From the NCBI GenBank assembly GCA_965226795.1, contig CBDDDZ010000005.1, positions 1,583,920 to 1,647,919 of the forward strand: a stretch of DNA of 64,000 nucleotides, read 5' to 3'. This DNA comes from Candidatus Latescibacterota bacterium. Its GTDB lineage: Bacteria > Latescibacterota > UBA2968 > GCA-2709665. This document shows, piece after piece, positions 26,460-36,375 of this stretch; position 1 is the first letter of the stretch, and every line of letters begins with the position of its first letter. A program made the translations under genes and the position numbers. The notes below the pieces were generated by a model that was not told the origin of the DNA, searched no databases, and was given only the letters and a program-made list of their open reading frames with translations.

Positions 26460-26762
26460 TTATGCCGCCGCATTCACCGCATTGGCAAAATCGAGGTCGG
26501 CGTGGGTGACGGCGTTTTCGCTGTGAGTCGTCACCGTAACCGTGAGGGTCTTGCTCCTGCTGTCCAGATTGATGTCCGAGTGATGGTTGTTGCTGTCCAT
26601 TACCTGTGTCAGCGTGCGCACAAAGGCCATCGTCGGTACGAATTTCTCGAACTTCCATACCCTGTGAAGCGCCTTGTTTTCCCGGTCGTATTCCCATCCC
26701 TCCAAATCCTTCAGCGCTTCCCGGATTTCCTCCTCCGTAACCAGTGTCTTATCCTCGTGCAT
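26460..26762 (-). CDS. 4a-hydroxytetrahydrobiopterin (pterin-4-alpha-carbinolamine) dehydratase
   Basis: 100 aa: LEGWEY...HRVWKFEKFVPTMAFVRTLTQVMDSNNHHSDI. Confidence 0.75.
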   Translation of the reverse strand: MHEDKTLVTEEEIREALKDLEGWEYDRENKALHRVWKFEKFVPTMAFVRTLTQVMDSNNHHSDINLDSRSKTLTVTVTTHSENAVTHADLDFANAVNAAA

Positions 26763-26912
26763 AGCCGCCTCCCTTAAAAATTACATTTTTGAATGTGTCG
26801 AGTTGAAACCACGCTCACAGCGCCGGTTGACGTGGCTGCGCGTCGAACGAGCATCGCGCTGCCCGGGTACAGCCACGTTTCAACATCAATATACCAAGAA
26901 TTCGCGGGCTGA

Positions 26913-27542
26913 TCAATCCCCGTGGTGGACACCGGCATCCGCCAGTGCGCTATCGTATTCCTCGGAGGTGTTGATATTTCGAAGAGATTCCAATTCAGGA
27001 TCCACTTCCCGTAAAACCGACCCGGGCACGTGTCGGCAGCAACATCGTTCCGTTAACGTAGTGAGTTTGAGGACGCCGGTATCCAGCATTTCCAGAATCA
27101 CAGGGAGTACGGACACGCGATAAACGGCCGCAAGCGGATGCAGGCGGCCTTCTTCTTGCGGCATGACGATATCGGCTTCACCCGCCAGATGCGCAAGGCG
27201 GCGCACAAAGCCAGGGCGCAGGAAAGGCGCATCGCATCCACAGACGAACGCGGCATCGGCTTGCCGGGAAATGGCTTCAAGACCCGCCGCCAGCCCCTGC
27301 AACGGGCCCCTGTCCGGAACCCGATCCTGTATAATCTCCACGTTGTCGGGAAGGCGTGGCAGGCGCTGCCGGGGCGCGGAAACCACCAGCATGGGATTCA
27401 GCGTACCGCTGAGCAGACGAACCACACGCTGCAGAAGGAATTCTTCCCCGAAACGCAACCAGGCCTTGGACGATCCCATCCGTCGGCTGCGTCCGCCGCT
27501 CAGCACGATACCGCCGATTCTCATTTCAGATATCCAGGACAA
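26913..27542 (-). CDS. mobA: Molybdenum cofactor guanylyltransferase
   Basis: GIVLSGGRSRRMGSSKAWL N-terminal motif; 209 aa. Confidence 0.8.
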   Translation of the reverse strand: MSWISEMRIGGIVLSGGRSRRMGSSKAWLRFGEEFLLQRVVRLLSGTLNPMLVVSAPRQRLPRLPDNVEIIQDRVPDRGPLQGLAAGLEAISRQADAAFVCGCDAPFLRPGFVRRLAHLAGEADIVMPQEEGRLHPLAAVYRVSVLPVILEMLDTGVLKLTTLTERCCCRHVPGSVLREVDPELESLRNINTSEEYDSALADAGVHHGD

Positions 27543-27957
27543 CCAACGCCCGCCACTGCCCGTCGATGCGTTCCACTAGGAACCGGTGGAGCGTGACGGC
27601 CTTCACGTCCACAACAAGCTCGTGGCGTTCCATGTCCAATTCCTCGCCAACCAGGTCCGCCGACACCTTGAAGGTGCCTTCACGTTCTCCGACGAACACG
27701 TTCAACGGCCGCAGCAGAAGCCGCTGGGCGTCCTTGTAATAGATCACCTCCTGTAAAAAGCCGAACAGCAACAGGTCAAGCTCTTCCGCCTCAAGTTTCA
27801 CGTATCGCCGGTCTCTGATCGTTAGCGTATTCAGGTCGGCTACCATCACGTTGAGCGTGGCCTCGGCGGCTGCGGTAAAAAGAGCCCCAAGGTCTTTACC
27901 CCAGGCTTCAAAAGCCACATCCGCAATGGCGATATCTTCTAAATACCGATAGGACAA
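27526..27957 (-). CDS. Archease (RtcB activator)
   Basis: SYRYLEDIAIADVAFEAWGKDL...VKAVTLHRFLVE...ALVVLDI. The ORF-track start at 28140 overlaps cobW. I propose TTG at 27957; the start is uncertain. Confidence 0.65.
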   Translation of the reverse strand: MSYRYLEDIAIADVAFEAWGKDLGALFTAAAEATLNVMVADLNTLTIRDRRYVKLEAEELDLLLFGFLQEVIYYKDAQRLLLRPLNVFVGEREGTFKVSADLVGEELDMERHELVVDVKAVTLHRFLVERIDGQWRALVVLDI

Positions 27958-27986
27958 TGTTGCATCCCTTTCAGGTACAACCAGTT

Positions 27987-28877
27987 CTACACCTGACACG
28001 CTTCGAGTTCCGTTAGAACGCGCACCCGCGCTTCCGCCGCGCCCCGGCCAATAAAGACGAGCTCTGTACGATCCGCTCCGAAGGGTTCCAGCGCCCACCT
28101 GCCGCCCGCGAAATTGAATAGAAACGCCCCTTTGGCACACCGCAAGAACCCCTTCGCGCGGTAGACAGCGTCTGGCAGGTTCGCCACGAGGCGTTCGAAT
28201 TTTTCACGATCGAATAGCCTGTCGGAAACGAAGTCAAAGCTGTCGATTTCCTCCCGGACACTGTGCTCCCTTACCGCGCGCACGGACCGCTGCGCTCTGC
28301 CTCCAAAGCCGAAGATAAGCCCCGTGTCGACCCGGCATTTCAAGGTTCGCACGACCGTAGCTTCGGGATTCACCCGACTCAGTTGCGCTTCCACCGCCTC
28401 CAGTTGGCACGGTGTGACCAGATCCACTTTGTTCAGCAGCAGAATGTCCGCCGCTTCAAACTGAGTGGTCGTCACGTATCCCAGATCCGGAAACCGGACC
28501 ATCAGATCCGCGTCGGCGACGACAACCACGCTGTCCAGTCGAACGCCCGGCAGATTGTCCTCCACGTCGAAGATAACCGCATCCGGCTCCGCAACGCCGG
28601 TGGTCTCGACCACAATCAGTTCCGGACGCACGGTTTTCACGATCTCCTTAACTGCTTCCTCGAACTCCCCCGCCAGCGAACAACAGACACAACCTCCGGC
28701 CAGTTCTGTCATTCGAATATGTTTACCCTCCACAACCTTGCTGTCGATGGCGATCTCTCCAAATTCGTTCATCAGAATCGCGATCCGCCGGTCTGCGCGC
28801 GCCACCAGGTGGCGAAGCAACGTGGTTTTGCCACTGCCCAACGAACCTGCTATTAGAATCGTCGAGATCTTTATCAA
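27987..28877 (-). CDS. COG0523 (CobW/YjiA-type) G3E GTPase metallochaperone
   Basis: P-loop GSLGSGKTTLL, metal motif GGCVCCS, ETTGVAEP, LLNKVD, plus a CobW C-terminal domain. Confidence 0.85.
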   Translation of the reverse strand: MIKISTILIAGSLGSGKTTLLRHLVARADRRIAILMNEFGEIAIDSKVVEGKHIRMTELAGGCVCCSLAGEFEEAVKEIVKTVRPELIVVETTGVAEPDAVIFDVEDNLPGVRLDSVVVVADADLMVRFPDLGYVTTTQFEAADILLLNKVDLVTPCQLEAVEAQLSRVNPEATVVRTLKCRVDTGLIFGFGGRAQRSVRAVREHSVREEIDSFDFVSDRLFDREKFERLVANLPDAVYRAKGFLRCAKGAFLFNFAGGRWALEPFGADRTELVFIGRGAAEARVRVLTELEACQV

Positions 28878-28971
28878 CCCATGTCCCCCAACGGGCCGTC
28901 CCTCGTCGGGGCCGGTTCAGGCGCCGGCATGACCTTCAGAATAAGACGAATGAGCGCGGTTTCCATCGGAG

Positions 28972-30432
28972 TTACCCCTTCACGTTTCCAATGGGCGAAA
29001 ACCGGGCCACCCGTCGGCTTAGACCCGCCCGCTGTGTCGCTTCTATCACTTCGTCGATATCCTTGTACGCGCCTCCGGCCTCTTCGGCGAGGCCCGCATA
29101 GGACACGGATTTCACGTAGATTCCGCGGTCCTCCAGTTCCTTTTGAAGCCGCTTGCCGTGAAACCGTTTGCGAGCCTTCGTACGGCTCATCGTCCGTCCG
29201 CTGCCATGAGCCGTGGAGAAAAACGCCTGGCTTCCGGCTGGTGATCCCGCCAGCAGATAAGACCCGGTCTCCATGCTCCCGCCGATAATTACCGGCTGGC
29301 CGTAGGGCTTGTATCGGTCGGGGACGCCGTCCATACCGGGTCCGAATGCCCGGGTTGCCCCCTTGCGGTGAACGAGTACCGTCCTTTCCCTGCCATCCAC
29401 CACATGGCGTTCCAGCTTGGCGGTGTTGTGCGCCACGTCGTAGACCTGGCGCATCTCCATATCCTCCGGACTGCGTCCCAGTACGTCTGAGAACACCTCC
29501 CGAATGCGGTGAAGAATGACCTGTCGATTTGCGAACGACATGTTGATCGCACACTTCATCGCTGCGAAATAGTCCTGGCCCTCCAGGGAGTGAAAGGGCG
29601 CGCATGCAAGTTCGCGATCCCGAATTGAAATCCCGTACTTTTTCTGCATCACCTTCAGAAACACCTGCAGATAGTCGGTAGCCACCTGGTGCCCAAAACC
29701 TCGACTTCCACAGTGGAACATCACGACAACCTGATCGGGAATGGTAATGCCGAACGCCCCTGCTGCCGCCTTGTCGAACACATGGTCGGGCTTTGCCACC
29801 TGAATTTCAAGATAGTGGTTTCCCGATCCCAGCGTTCCGATCTGGTTGAAGCCCCGCTCCACCGCCTTGCGACTGATTTTCGTCGCATCCGCACCTGAAA
29901 CACAACCACTTTCTTCGGTCAGCTCCAGATCCTCCTGCCAGCCGTAATGGTTGTCCACGCACCAGCGCGCCCCCTCCTGTACGACTGTTCTGAACTCGTC
30001 GTGGGAGATCTTCAGAAAACCCGTGCTGCCCACGCCCGCGGGCACACGTTCAAACAGACGATCCACGAGCTTTTTCACATGGGGCCTGACCTCGTCGTGC
30101 GTCAGATTGGTGGTAACCAGGCGCATCCCGCAGTTGACATCGAACCCGATGCCTCCTGGCGAGATCACGCCCTGTTCGGCGTCCATTGCGGCCACCCCGC
30201 CGATGGGAAACCCGTATCCCCAGTGTCCGTCGGGCATACAGAAGGCGTAGTTCAGGATGCCGGGCAGCGTGGCCACATTGGTCACCTGCTCGATCACGCC
30301 CCGGTCCATTTCCGACATCAGTTTTTGTGTCGCGTAGATACGCGCCGGGACGAGCATCCCTTTTTTGTACGAAGTCGGGATCTCCCAGACGGTCGGCGAT
30401 ACCCGGGTTGCCTCGGGCGGCGTGACGGGCAT
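28972..30432 (-). CDS. rtcB: RNA 3'-phosphate ligase RtcB
   Basis: 486 aa: PDGHWGYGFPIGGV, GGIGFDVNCG, GSGNHYLE, FHCGSRGFGHQ, AHGSGR. Confidence 0.9.
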   Translation of the reverse strand: MPVTPPEATRVSPTVWEIPTSYKKGMLVPARIYATQKLMSEMDRGVIEQVTNVATLPGILNYAFCMPDGHWGYGFPIGGVAAMDAEQGVISPGGIGFDVNCGMRLVTTNLTHDEVRPHVKKLVDRLFERVPAGVGSTGFLKISHDEFRTVVQEGARWCVDNHYGWQEDLELTEESGCVSGADATKISRKAVERGFNQIGTLGSGNHYLEIQVAKPDHVFDKAAAGAFGITIPDQVVVMFHCGSRGFGHQVATDYLQVFLKVMQKKYGISIRDRELACAPFHSLEGQDYFAAMKCAINMSFANRQVILHRIREVFSDVLGRSPEDMEMRQVYDVAHNTAKLERHVVDGRERTVLVHRKGATRAFGPGMDGVPDRYKPYGQPVIIGGSMETGSYLLAGSPAGSQAFFSTAHGSGRTMSRTKARKRFHGKRLQKELEDRGIYVKSVSYAGLAEEAGGAYKDIDEVIEATQRAGLSRRVARFSPIGNVKG

Positions 30433-30441
30433 GTCGTGCTC

Positions 30442-31392
30442 CTATGAATCGTGTTCACAACTTGCATAGTGTTTCTGCAACGGATCCAGGCCGAAATCGT
30501 TCTCCAGGTCGCGCAGTACGGAGTGGATGTGGTTCGCGTCATTCTGGGTATTGTCGTATTCCACCAGATGGGTAGGGCCGTGGATCCGGTAATAGTGCTT
30601 CTCCCCCGGCCGGGTCCCGCCAGCCCACGCGAAGTGGAGCCGGTCCATACCGGCCCTTCGAATACGTTCGAGATGGGCTTCGGCAAGGTCCGCCCGGAGG
30701 TTCGTTGCATATAGCTCCAAGAGTCGCAACAGCGCCTCCTTCTGCGACGGCGGCATTTCAGATGCGGGCAGACCCGCGGGATCGCCGATCCGCACCCCCT
30801 TGCTGTTTCGGGTGAGGATATCGCTCGGCGCTTCCGCCGCGATCCGGACCACGGCCTGCAGATCCTCAGGCAGTGCTTTCAGAAGCCCTCGCGCCATGTC
30901 CTCTTCGTTGCGCAGGACGCGCCAGCCCTGCCGGTCGCCTGAAGGCACCCGCGCCGGGTTCGCGCCCCAGAAGGCCGGCGTGGACGCCATTGTGTTTTCG
31001 CCGCCCGCCGAAAACGTTATTGACAAGTGGTGGCCGTCGATTCGCCATCCCCACATCCCCTGCTCCGAAGAAAGTTCTCCGAAAAGCGTCAGGAAATAAC
31101 CGTCGGAGTCCCTGTAGGTGTCCGACGGATCCAGCCCTTCAACCTCAGCAAGAATGCCCTCCAGAACCATGATATCCACCGCTTTTTGATATCCGGCGTC
31201 GCTGAGCGCGCATTTCAACAGACGATGAGCCGCGTCCCGCTGTTTCTGCGTCATCACCCTGAATGGCACGCCGTTTCGCTTTACGGGTACGTAGTTCCAG
31301 TTAAAACGTTCCTCGTGTTCGAACGCGTACAGAACCCGGTTCTGCTGGTCCGAACTCAGTTCGTTCATGAAATCCTGAGCTGCACGAAGCAT
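30442..31392 (-). CDS. DUF3500-family protein
   Basis: HYYRIHGPTHLVEYDNTQNDANHIHSVLRD block. Confidence 0.55.
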   Translation of the reverse strand: MLRAAQDFMNELSSDQQNRVLYAFEHEERFNWNYVPVKRNGVPFRVMTQKQRDAAHRLLKCALSDAGYQKAVDIMVLEGILAEVEGLDPSDTYRDSDGYFLTLFGELSSEQGMWGWRIDGHHLSITFSAGGENTMASTPAFWGANPARVPSGDRQGWRVLRNEEDMARGLLKALPEDLQAVVRIAAEAPSDILTRNSKGVRIGDPAGLPASEMPPSQKEALLRLLELYATNLRADLAEAHLERIRRAGMDRLHFAWAGGTRPGEKHYYRIHGPTHLVEYDNTQNDANHIHSVLRDLENDFGLDPLQKHYASCEHDS

Positions 31393-31592
31393 GGTATTCC
31401 TCCCCGTCAGGGTGCAAGTGGATATGTTTACTCTTTATAATTGGACTTTTTAATTGGGCGAATCGCGAATGGCCGCGCGGAATTCTGCGACCGTCCGCTG
31501 ATTGTTCGTCCGTTCGCCCGCTTTGAGCGCCACCAGGATCGGAGCCGGATCCGACTCCGAAGCAGCAGACGAATCCGCGGCCACACCCGTCG

Positions 31593-33509
31593 TCACATCC
31601 ACCGACACCTCGTAAACGTCGTCCGGCTTCCAGAAATCTCGCGAGGCGCGGCCTGCTTTCGCGCCGGACATGCGTCGCGCCCGCCCGTGATCCGGGGTTG
31701 TCTGCCGGTCTTCCGGTCGAAACCTACCCAGACACTCGTCGCGAGATCCGGAGTGAAGCCGGAAAACCAGGCGTCCGTATGGTCGTTTGTCGTGCCTGTC
31801 TTTCCCGCCGCGGGCAGGACGAATCCCAGGGATCGAACGCCGCGGCCGGTACCACGCAGGATAACGTTCCGAAGCAATCGAATCATCACATAGGCATCCG
31901 CGGCACTGATGACGGGAACGGGTTGCACCCGGTGCGCATACACAACCCGCCCCCCTGAATCTTCAATCCGCCGCACAAAAGTCGGCTCCACGCGGACCCC
32001 GTAGTTGGCGATGGTGGCATAGACCGAGGCCATTTCCAACGGTGAGACTTCGCTTGCACCAAGCGCGATGCTCGGAAATGCATCAAGCGGACTCCGGACA
32101 CCCAAACGTCGGGCCATTTCCACGACCCGTTCCGGGCCGATACGATCCATAACCTCCACACTTGCCGCATTTGCGGAATTCACCAGGGCCCACGCCGCCG
32201 TCGTCACACCCAGATATCGGTCTCTGAAATTTTCGGGCGTCCACGGCTTCCCGTTTACGGTATAGGTCCGGGCCTCATCCACAAACAATGACACGGGCGA
32301 TATCTCGCCCGCCGCCAGCGCCGCCAAATACACGACCGGCTTGAAACCCGAACCCGGCTGGCGCCGCGCGGTTGTTGCGCGGTTGAAGTAACTGATGAAG
32401 ATATCACGGCCGCCCACCAACGCGCGCACGTATCCCGTCGCCGGTTCCACACTGACCAGAGCCGCCTGGATGTATTCCTGCCTGTCCTTTCCGCCAGCAC
32501 TCTCGTAATCACCAAATCCAAGCCGCGAATCTATATCTGCAAGTCCTTCAGCTACAGATTTTTCAGCAGTCTTCTGCATGTGAAAATCCAACGTCGTGTA
32601 GATATTCAACGCGCCAAAACTGAGGGCGGACCGCCCCCAACGCCGAACGACCTCGTCCTTGATGATCTCAACGAAGTACGGCGTCCGATTCCGGTCGCGG
32701 AGCTGCTGCGCCAGAACCGGCGATGCGGCGAGCGCAAGTTTCAGCGCGTCGCTTTCCAGGAAACCTGCCGAGTGCATGCGGCGCAGAACGTGTGCGGTAC
32801 GCGCCGCGGCTTGCCGCCCGCCGTCACGGAACGGATTCAACGCGCTGGGCGAATTGGGCAGCCCGGCCAACATGGCCGCTTCCGTCAGATTCAGGTCCGA
32901 GGCTGCCTTTCCGAAAAACGTCTGCGACGCATCCTCCACGCCGTAGGCATTGGTACCGAAAAAACTACCGTTGACATAAATCTCCAGCAATCTGTCCTTG
33001 GCCGTTTTGCCGTACAACATTGAGAACATAGCCTCCAGCTGCACGGCCAGCAGCACCTCCCTCGCCTTCCTAAGATAGGACTTCTCACGGGTCAAAAACA
33101 GATTTTTGACGATCTGCTGGGTAATCGTGCTTCCCCCTCTGACTTTTCGGAAATGCGTCAGGTTTGCCAGGAACGCACCTGCGATGCCCTTTAGGCTTAT
33201 GCCCCGGTGACGGTAGAACGATTCGTCTTCGGTTGCAATGACCGCCTTGATAAACCAGGGACTCACCTGGTCCAGCCGCACCTGCTCGACCCGACGGTTG
33301 AACGTAAAGAGCAATTCCCCGGTATCCGCGAAGATATTCACGCCCGCCTGGCTGCGAAACGCGTCGGGGTCGGGCGGAATTCGGGGCAGGGTTGTCACGA
33401 GCCAGACGAAGCCAAGGCACGTGAGGAGGAACACGTCGGCCCCCAGAAGTATTCCTGTCCGGATCCAGTAATTTCCAATAGAAGTTCGGCGCATCAGGGA
33501 TGTCCTCAT
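31593..33509 (-). CDS. Bifunctional class A penicillin-binding protein (glycosyltransferase + transpeptidase)
   Basis: GT51 motifs ATEDESFYRHRGI, GGSTITQQ and RKAREVL. Transpeptidase motifs QPGSGFKP and KTGTT. Confidence 0.85.
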   Translation of the reverse strand: MRTSLMRRTSIGNYWIRTGILLGADVFLLTCLGFVWLVTTLPRIPPDPDAFRSQAGVNIFADTGELLFTFNRRVEQVRLDQVSPWFIKAVIATEDESFYRHRGISLKGIAGAFLANLTHFRKVRGGSTITQQIVKNLFLTREKSYLRKAREVLLAVQLEAMFSMLYGKTAKDRLLEIYVNGSFFGTNAYGVEDASQTFFGKAASDLNLTEAAMLAGLPNSPSALNPFRDGGRQAAARTAHVLRRMHSAGFLESDALKLALAASPVLAQQLRDRNRTPYFVEIIKDEVVRRWGRSALSFGALNIYTTLDFHMQKTAEKSVAEGLADIDSRLGFGDYESAGGKDRQEYIQAALVSVEPATGYVRALVGGRDIFISYFNRATTARRQPGSGFKPVVYLAALAAGEISPVSLFVDEARTYTVNGKPWTPENFRDRYLGVTTAAWALVNSANAASVEVMDRIGPERVVEMARRLGVRSPLDAFPSIALGASEVSPLEMASVYATIANYGVRVEPTFVRRIEDSGGRVVYAHRVQPVPVISAADAYVMIRLLRNVILRGTGRGVRSLGFVLPAAGKTGTTNDHTDAWFSGFTPDLATSVWVGFDRKTGRQPRITGGRDACPARKQAAPREISGSRTTFTRCRWM

Positions 33510-34336
33510 TTATCGCCGAACAGGGCCGCTATTCCCCCGGGCTCCACCTCGAATCTGACCGAGGCACGTTCCGGATCGACATAAACCAACTCGCCGTGAT
33601 AAATGCCGAGCCCGCTCTGGATCAGAATCTGGCTCACAAGTCCGGATTTGTATTCTTCCATTAAACGCTGCCGCTCCTCGGACCGGAACTGTTCGACGAA
33701 ATCACCTGCCAGCCGTTCACGCACGTCCGCTCGAATCGAATCCGCGATGGCCATGGAGTCTGCTTCGGCGCGCCATTCGGTCTCGCCCGCGTGTCGGTAC
33801 AACGCATCGACCCGCCTCCGTATCCGGGCCCGATAACGCACGTCGGGCAGACCTGCCTTCCTCAGAAGAGAAAGGCCCAAATTGAAAGCGCTAGCGCTTC
33901 CGATCAATTCTCGCGTTTCCCGGCTCGCGTTTACGGAGAGTTCCGTACGCCAGACTGCGACAAAGGAAGGCAGACCGGTCTCCGGCACGCGATCCATGTC
34001 GAAGCGAGCGTCCGCCACGGCCTTGGGCAGGCCGCCGGCCACCGGCGCTTCCACCGTCCCGAACGAATCCCTAGCCGCTGCCCGGGCGTCCAGCCGCTTC
34101 CATATAGCCCCCGTCCTGGCGCGCCTTTCGTTGTTTCTATCAAGCGCTTCCCCCACCCATCCGGCAATCCAGTTGTTCCGGTATTCCAGATAGACCGAGA
34201 GCATTGCTGACATGGACAGCAACAGCACCCACCCGACAGAATACGCGAGGTTCCTGAATCTCAACGGTGACCATCGTTCCTGGATCACCCTCCGGATACG
34301 ACACGCGCCCCGATTGATACGGTACGGGAGATTCAT
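33506..34336 (-). CDS. Hypothetical membrane-anchored protein, translationally coupled to the PBP gene
   Basis: One N-terminal TM segment (VGWVLLLSMSAMLSVYL). Its stop overlaps the PBP start as ATGA (33506-33509). Confidence 0.5.
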   Translation of the reverse strand: MNLPYRINRGACRIRRVIQERWSPLRFRNLAYSVGWVLLLSMSAMLSVYLEYRNNWIAGWVGEALDRNNERRARTGAIWKRLDARAAARDSFGTVEAPVAGGLPKAVADARFDMDRVPETGLPSFVAVWRTELSVNASRETRELIGSASAFNLGLSLLRKAGLPDVRYRARIRRRVDALYRHAGETEWRAEADSMAIADSIRADVRERLAGDFVEQFRSEERQRLMEEYKSGLVSQILIQSGLGIYHGELVYVDPERASVRFEVEPGGIAALFGDK

Positions 34337-34417
34337 ACTGTTTGCTTGTCGTCAAAAAAATCCCGAAACAACACGCCTGCCGCTGTTACGGGATCGGGGG
34401 GGGAATGTCGGAAGAAA

Positions 34418-35440
34418 TCAGGCGGCAACACCCTCCATCTCCAGAACATATCTGCCGTAACGTGCGGCGCCGTTGCAGCTTGCCCTGTGATAAAAAACTC
34501 TCTGCGCCGCCACCACGTTGGCGGCCTGTCCTTTCCATGCGGCCCGGGCCGGATCCTGTAACGCCCTACCGTACGAATAGCTGAGTTCCCAGGGGAAGCC
34601 GCCAATCCGATTCATGGCGTTCAGGTGCTGTGTAGAAAGCTCCGGGCTCTGTCCTCCCGAAAGAAATACCACGCCCGGAACCGAAGCGGGAACCGACCGT
34701 CGCAGGGATCGCACGGTCGCTTCCGCCACCTCCTGAACACCCGCCTGCACCGGGGTATCGGCGCCGGACAGGACCATACTGGCTTTCAGCAGGGTGCCTT
34801 CCAGGATCACCCCGTGCTCTCCCAATTCCGAAAACACGCTGCGCAACACCAACTCCGTCACCTCTTCGCACCGCTCGATGGTATGATCACCGTCCATCAG
34901 CACTTCCGGTTCCACAATGGGCACCAACCCCACCTCCTGGCACTGGGCGGCGTAACGGGCAAGGGCGTGGGCATTGGCATGGATGCAGGCCCGTGTCGGA
35001 ATCCCATCGCCGATGGTAATGGCGGCCCGCCATTTGGCAAACCGGGCGCCTTTCTTGTGATACGCTTCCAACCGACCCTGGAGCCCGTCCAGACCCTCGG
35101 TTATCTGTTCGCCAGGAAAGCCGGCCAATTGCACGAGCCCGGTATCCGCCTTGATGCCGGGAATCATCCCCCGGTCAGCCAGCAGCCGGGGAAACGGGAC
35201 GCCGCCGTTCGCGGCCGTGTTCAGTGTCTCCTCGTATAGAATGACGCCGCTGATAAAGGCCGCCAGATCCGGGGTCGTGAACAACATATCGCGATACGCC
35301 CTTCGGGCTTCGGCCGTGGGTTCAACGCCGATGTCCGCAAATCGCTTCGTGATGGTTCCCATACTCTCGTCCGTCGCCAGGATTCCTTTACCCGCGGGTA
35401 CAAGCGCGCAAGCCGTGGCTTCGAGTTCCGCTGATAACAT
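34418..35440 (-). CDS. fba: Fructose-bisphosphate aldolase, class I
   Basis: GKGILATDESMGTITKRF...LLKASMV gives the class I Schiff-base lysine context. Confidence 0.85.
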   Translation of the reverse strand: MLSAELEATACALVPAGKGILATDESMGTITKRFADIGVEPTAEARRAYRDMLFTTPDLAAFISGVILYEETLNTAANGGVPFPRLLADRGMIPGIKADTGLVQLAGFPGEQITEGLDGLQGRLEAYHKKGARFAKWRAAITIGDGIPTRACIHANAHALARYAAQCQEVGLVPIVEPEVLMDGDHTIERCEEVTELVLRSVFSELGEHGVILEGTLLKASMVLSGADTPVQAGVQEVAEATVRSLRRSVPASVPGVVFLSGGQSPELSTQHLNAMNRIGGFPWELSYSYGRALQDPARAAWKGQAANVVAAQRVFYHRASCNGAARYGRYVLEMEGVAA

Positions 35441-35539
35441 CGATTACGACCTCGTTTCTTGGTGTTAAACGGTATACTGGTTTCACGCCATAGAATATAC
35501 GCTATCTTCAGCCTTTGTCCAGCAGATTCCAGGCTATAT

Positions 35540-35947
35540 TCAAGGATCGCCGTTGGAATCGGCGGGCTGGATCCAGACACGTACTTCCGCCCGTGAAGGC
35601 TTTCGTGCGTCGAATTTCATCTCATTTATTCTTGCATAGAGCGCTTCTGCGTCTGCATCCGCCAGGCGGGCAACACCATCGATGCCGGCCTTATGAAGGA
35701 GCGGCGCCGCCTGGCAGCCCATTCCTTTATGAATGGCGAGTTCGGCGTGTCGGAAGGCGCGTTCCAGCCGCAAGGTATAGACACCGGCGGCGACGAGCGC
35801 CGGGGCTTCCAGAGATCTGGCGGCCCGGTAGAGTCGCTCCGGCGTGTAAATACCCGCGGCACGAAGCCCGTGTCGATCCTGTGCGTCCAATCCGGCCAAT
35901 TCGGTCGTCAGAGGGCGCCTGGACTTCAGCGTCTTCTTATGGCCCAT
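35540..35947 (-). CDS. Hypothetical protein (possibly DUF4332 / helix-hairpin-helix)
   Basis: 135-aa ORF with weak resemblance only. Confidence 0.35.
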   Translation of the reverse strand: MGHKKTLKSRRPLTTELAGLDAQDRHGLRAAGIYTPERLYRAARSLEAPALVAAGVYTLRLERAFRHAELAIHKGMGCQAAPLLHKAGIDGVARLADADAEALYARINEMKFDARKPSRAEVRVWIQPADSNGDP

Positions 35948-36004
35948 ACGAAAAATCCGGATACTGAATAATATCGCCAGGGCGACCGCAATCCGGTAGC
36001 GATA

Positions 36005-36364
36005 TCAGCGAGAAGGACGGTACGCGCTCCCGTCTTCCCGGCTCAGCCATCCCCGCTGGGTGTGCCACAACAGCCCGTAGCAGGCAAACCCGTTGACGAC
36101 CAGAGCGGGACGGACCAGAAAAGGCAAAGCGACCGTCTCTCTGCGACGGCCGCGCAAAAACGAGTGCCCCTGACTGTGAAGGATCATCCCATCCAGAACC
36201 AGCAGATATCCATACCAGGCCGGTACGTACCAGACTGGATTCCAGATGGGGACGTCGGCTGCCACCAACCACACGCCGGCCTCGAAAACGCCGATGCCAA
36301 CATATCCCCACCAGGAAAACGCCCGCCGGGATGCGGAATCGGATTCAGATCGGGTCAACGCCAC
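36005..36364 (-). CDS. Hypothetical small membrane protein
   Basis: Two or three hydrophobic segments, tightly spaced after the upstream gene. Confidence 0.4.
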   Translation of the reverse strand: MALTRSESDSASRRAFSWWGYVGIGVFEAGVWLVAADVPIWNPVWYVPAWYGYLLVLDGMILHSQGHSFLRGRRRETVALPFLVRPALVVNGFACYGLLWHTQRGWLSREDGSAYRPSR

Positions 36365-36375
36365 GTGAGGAAGCC

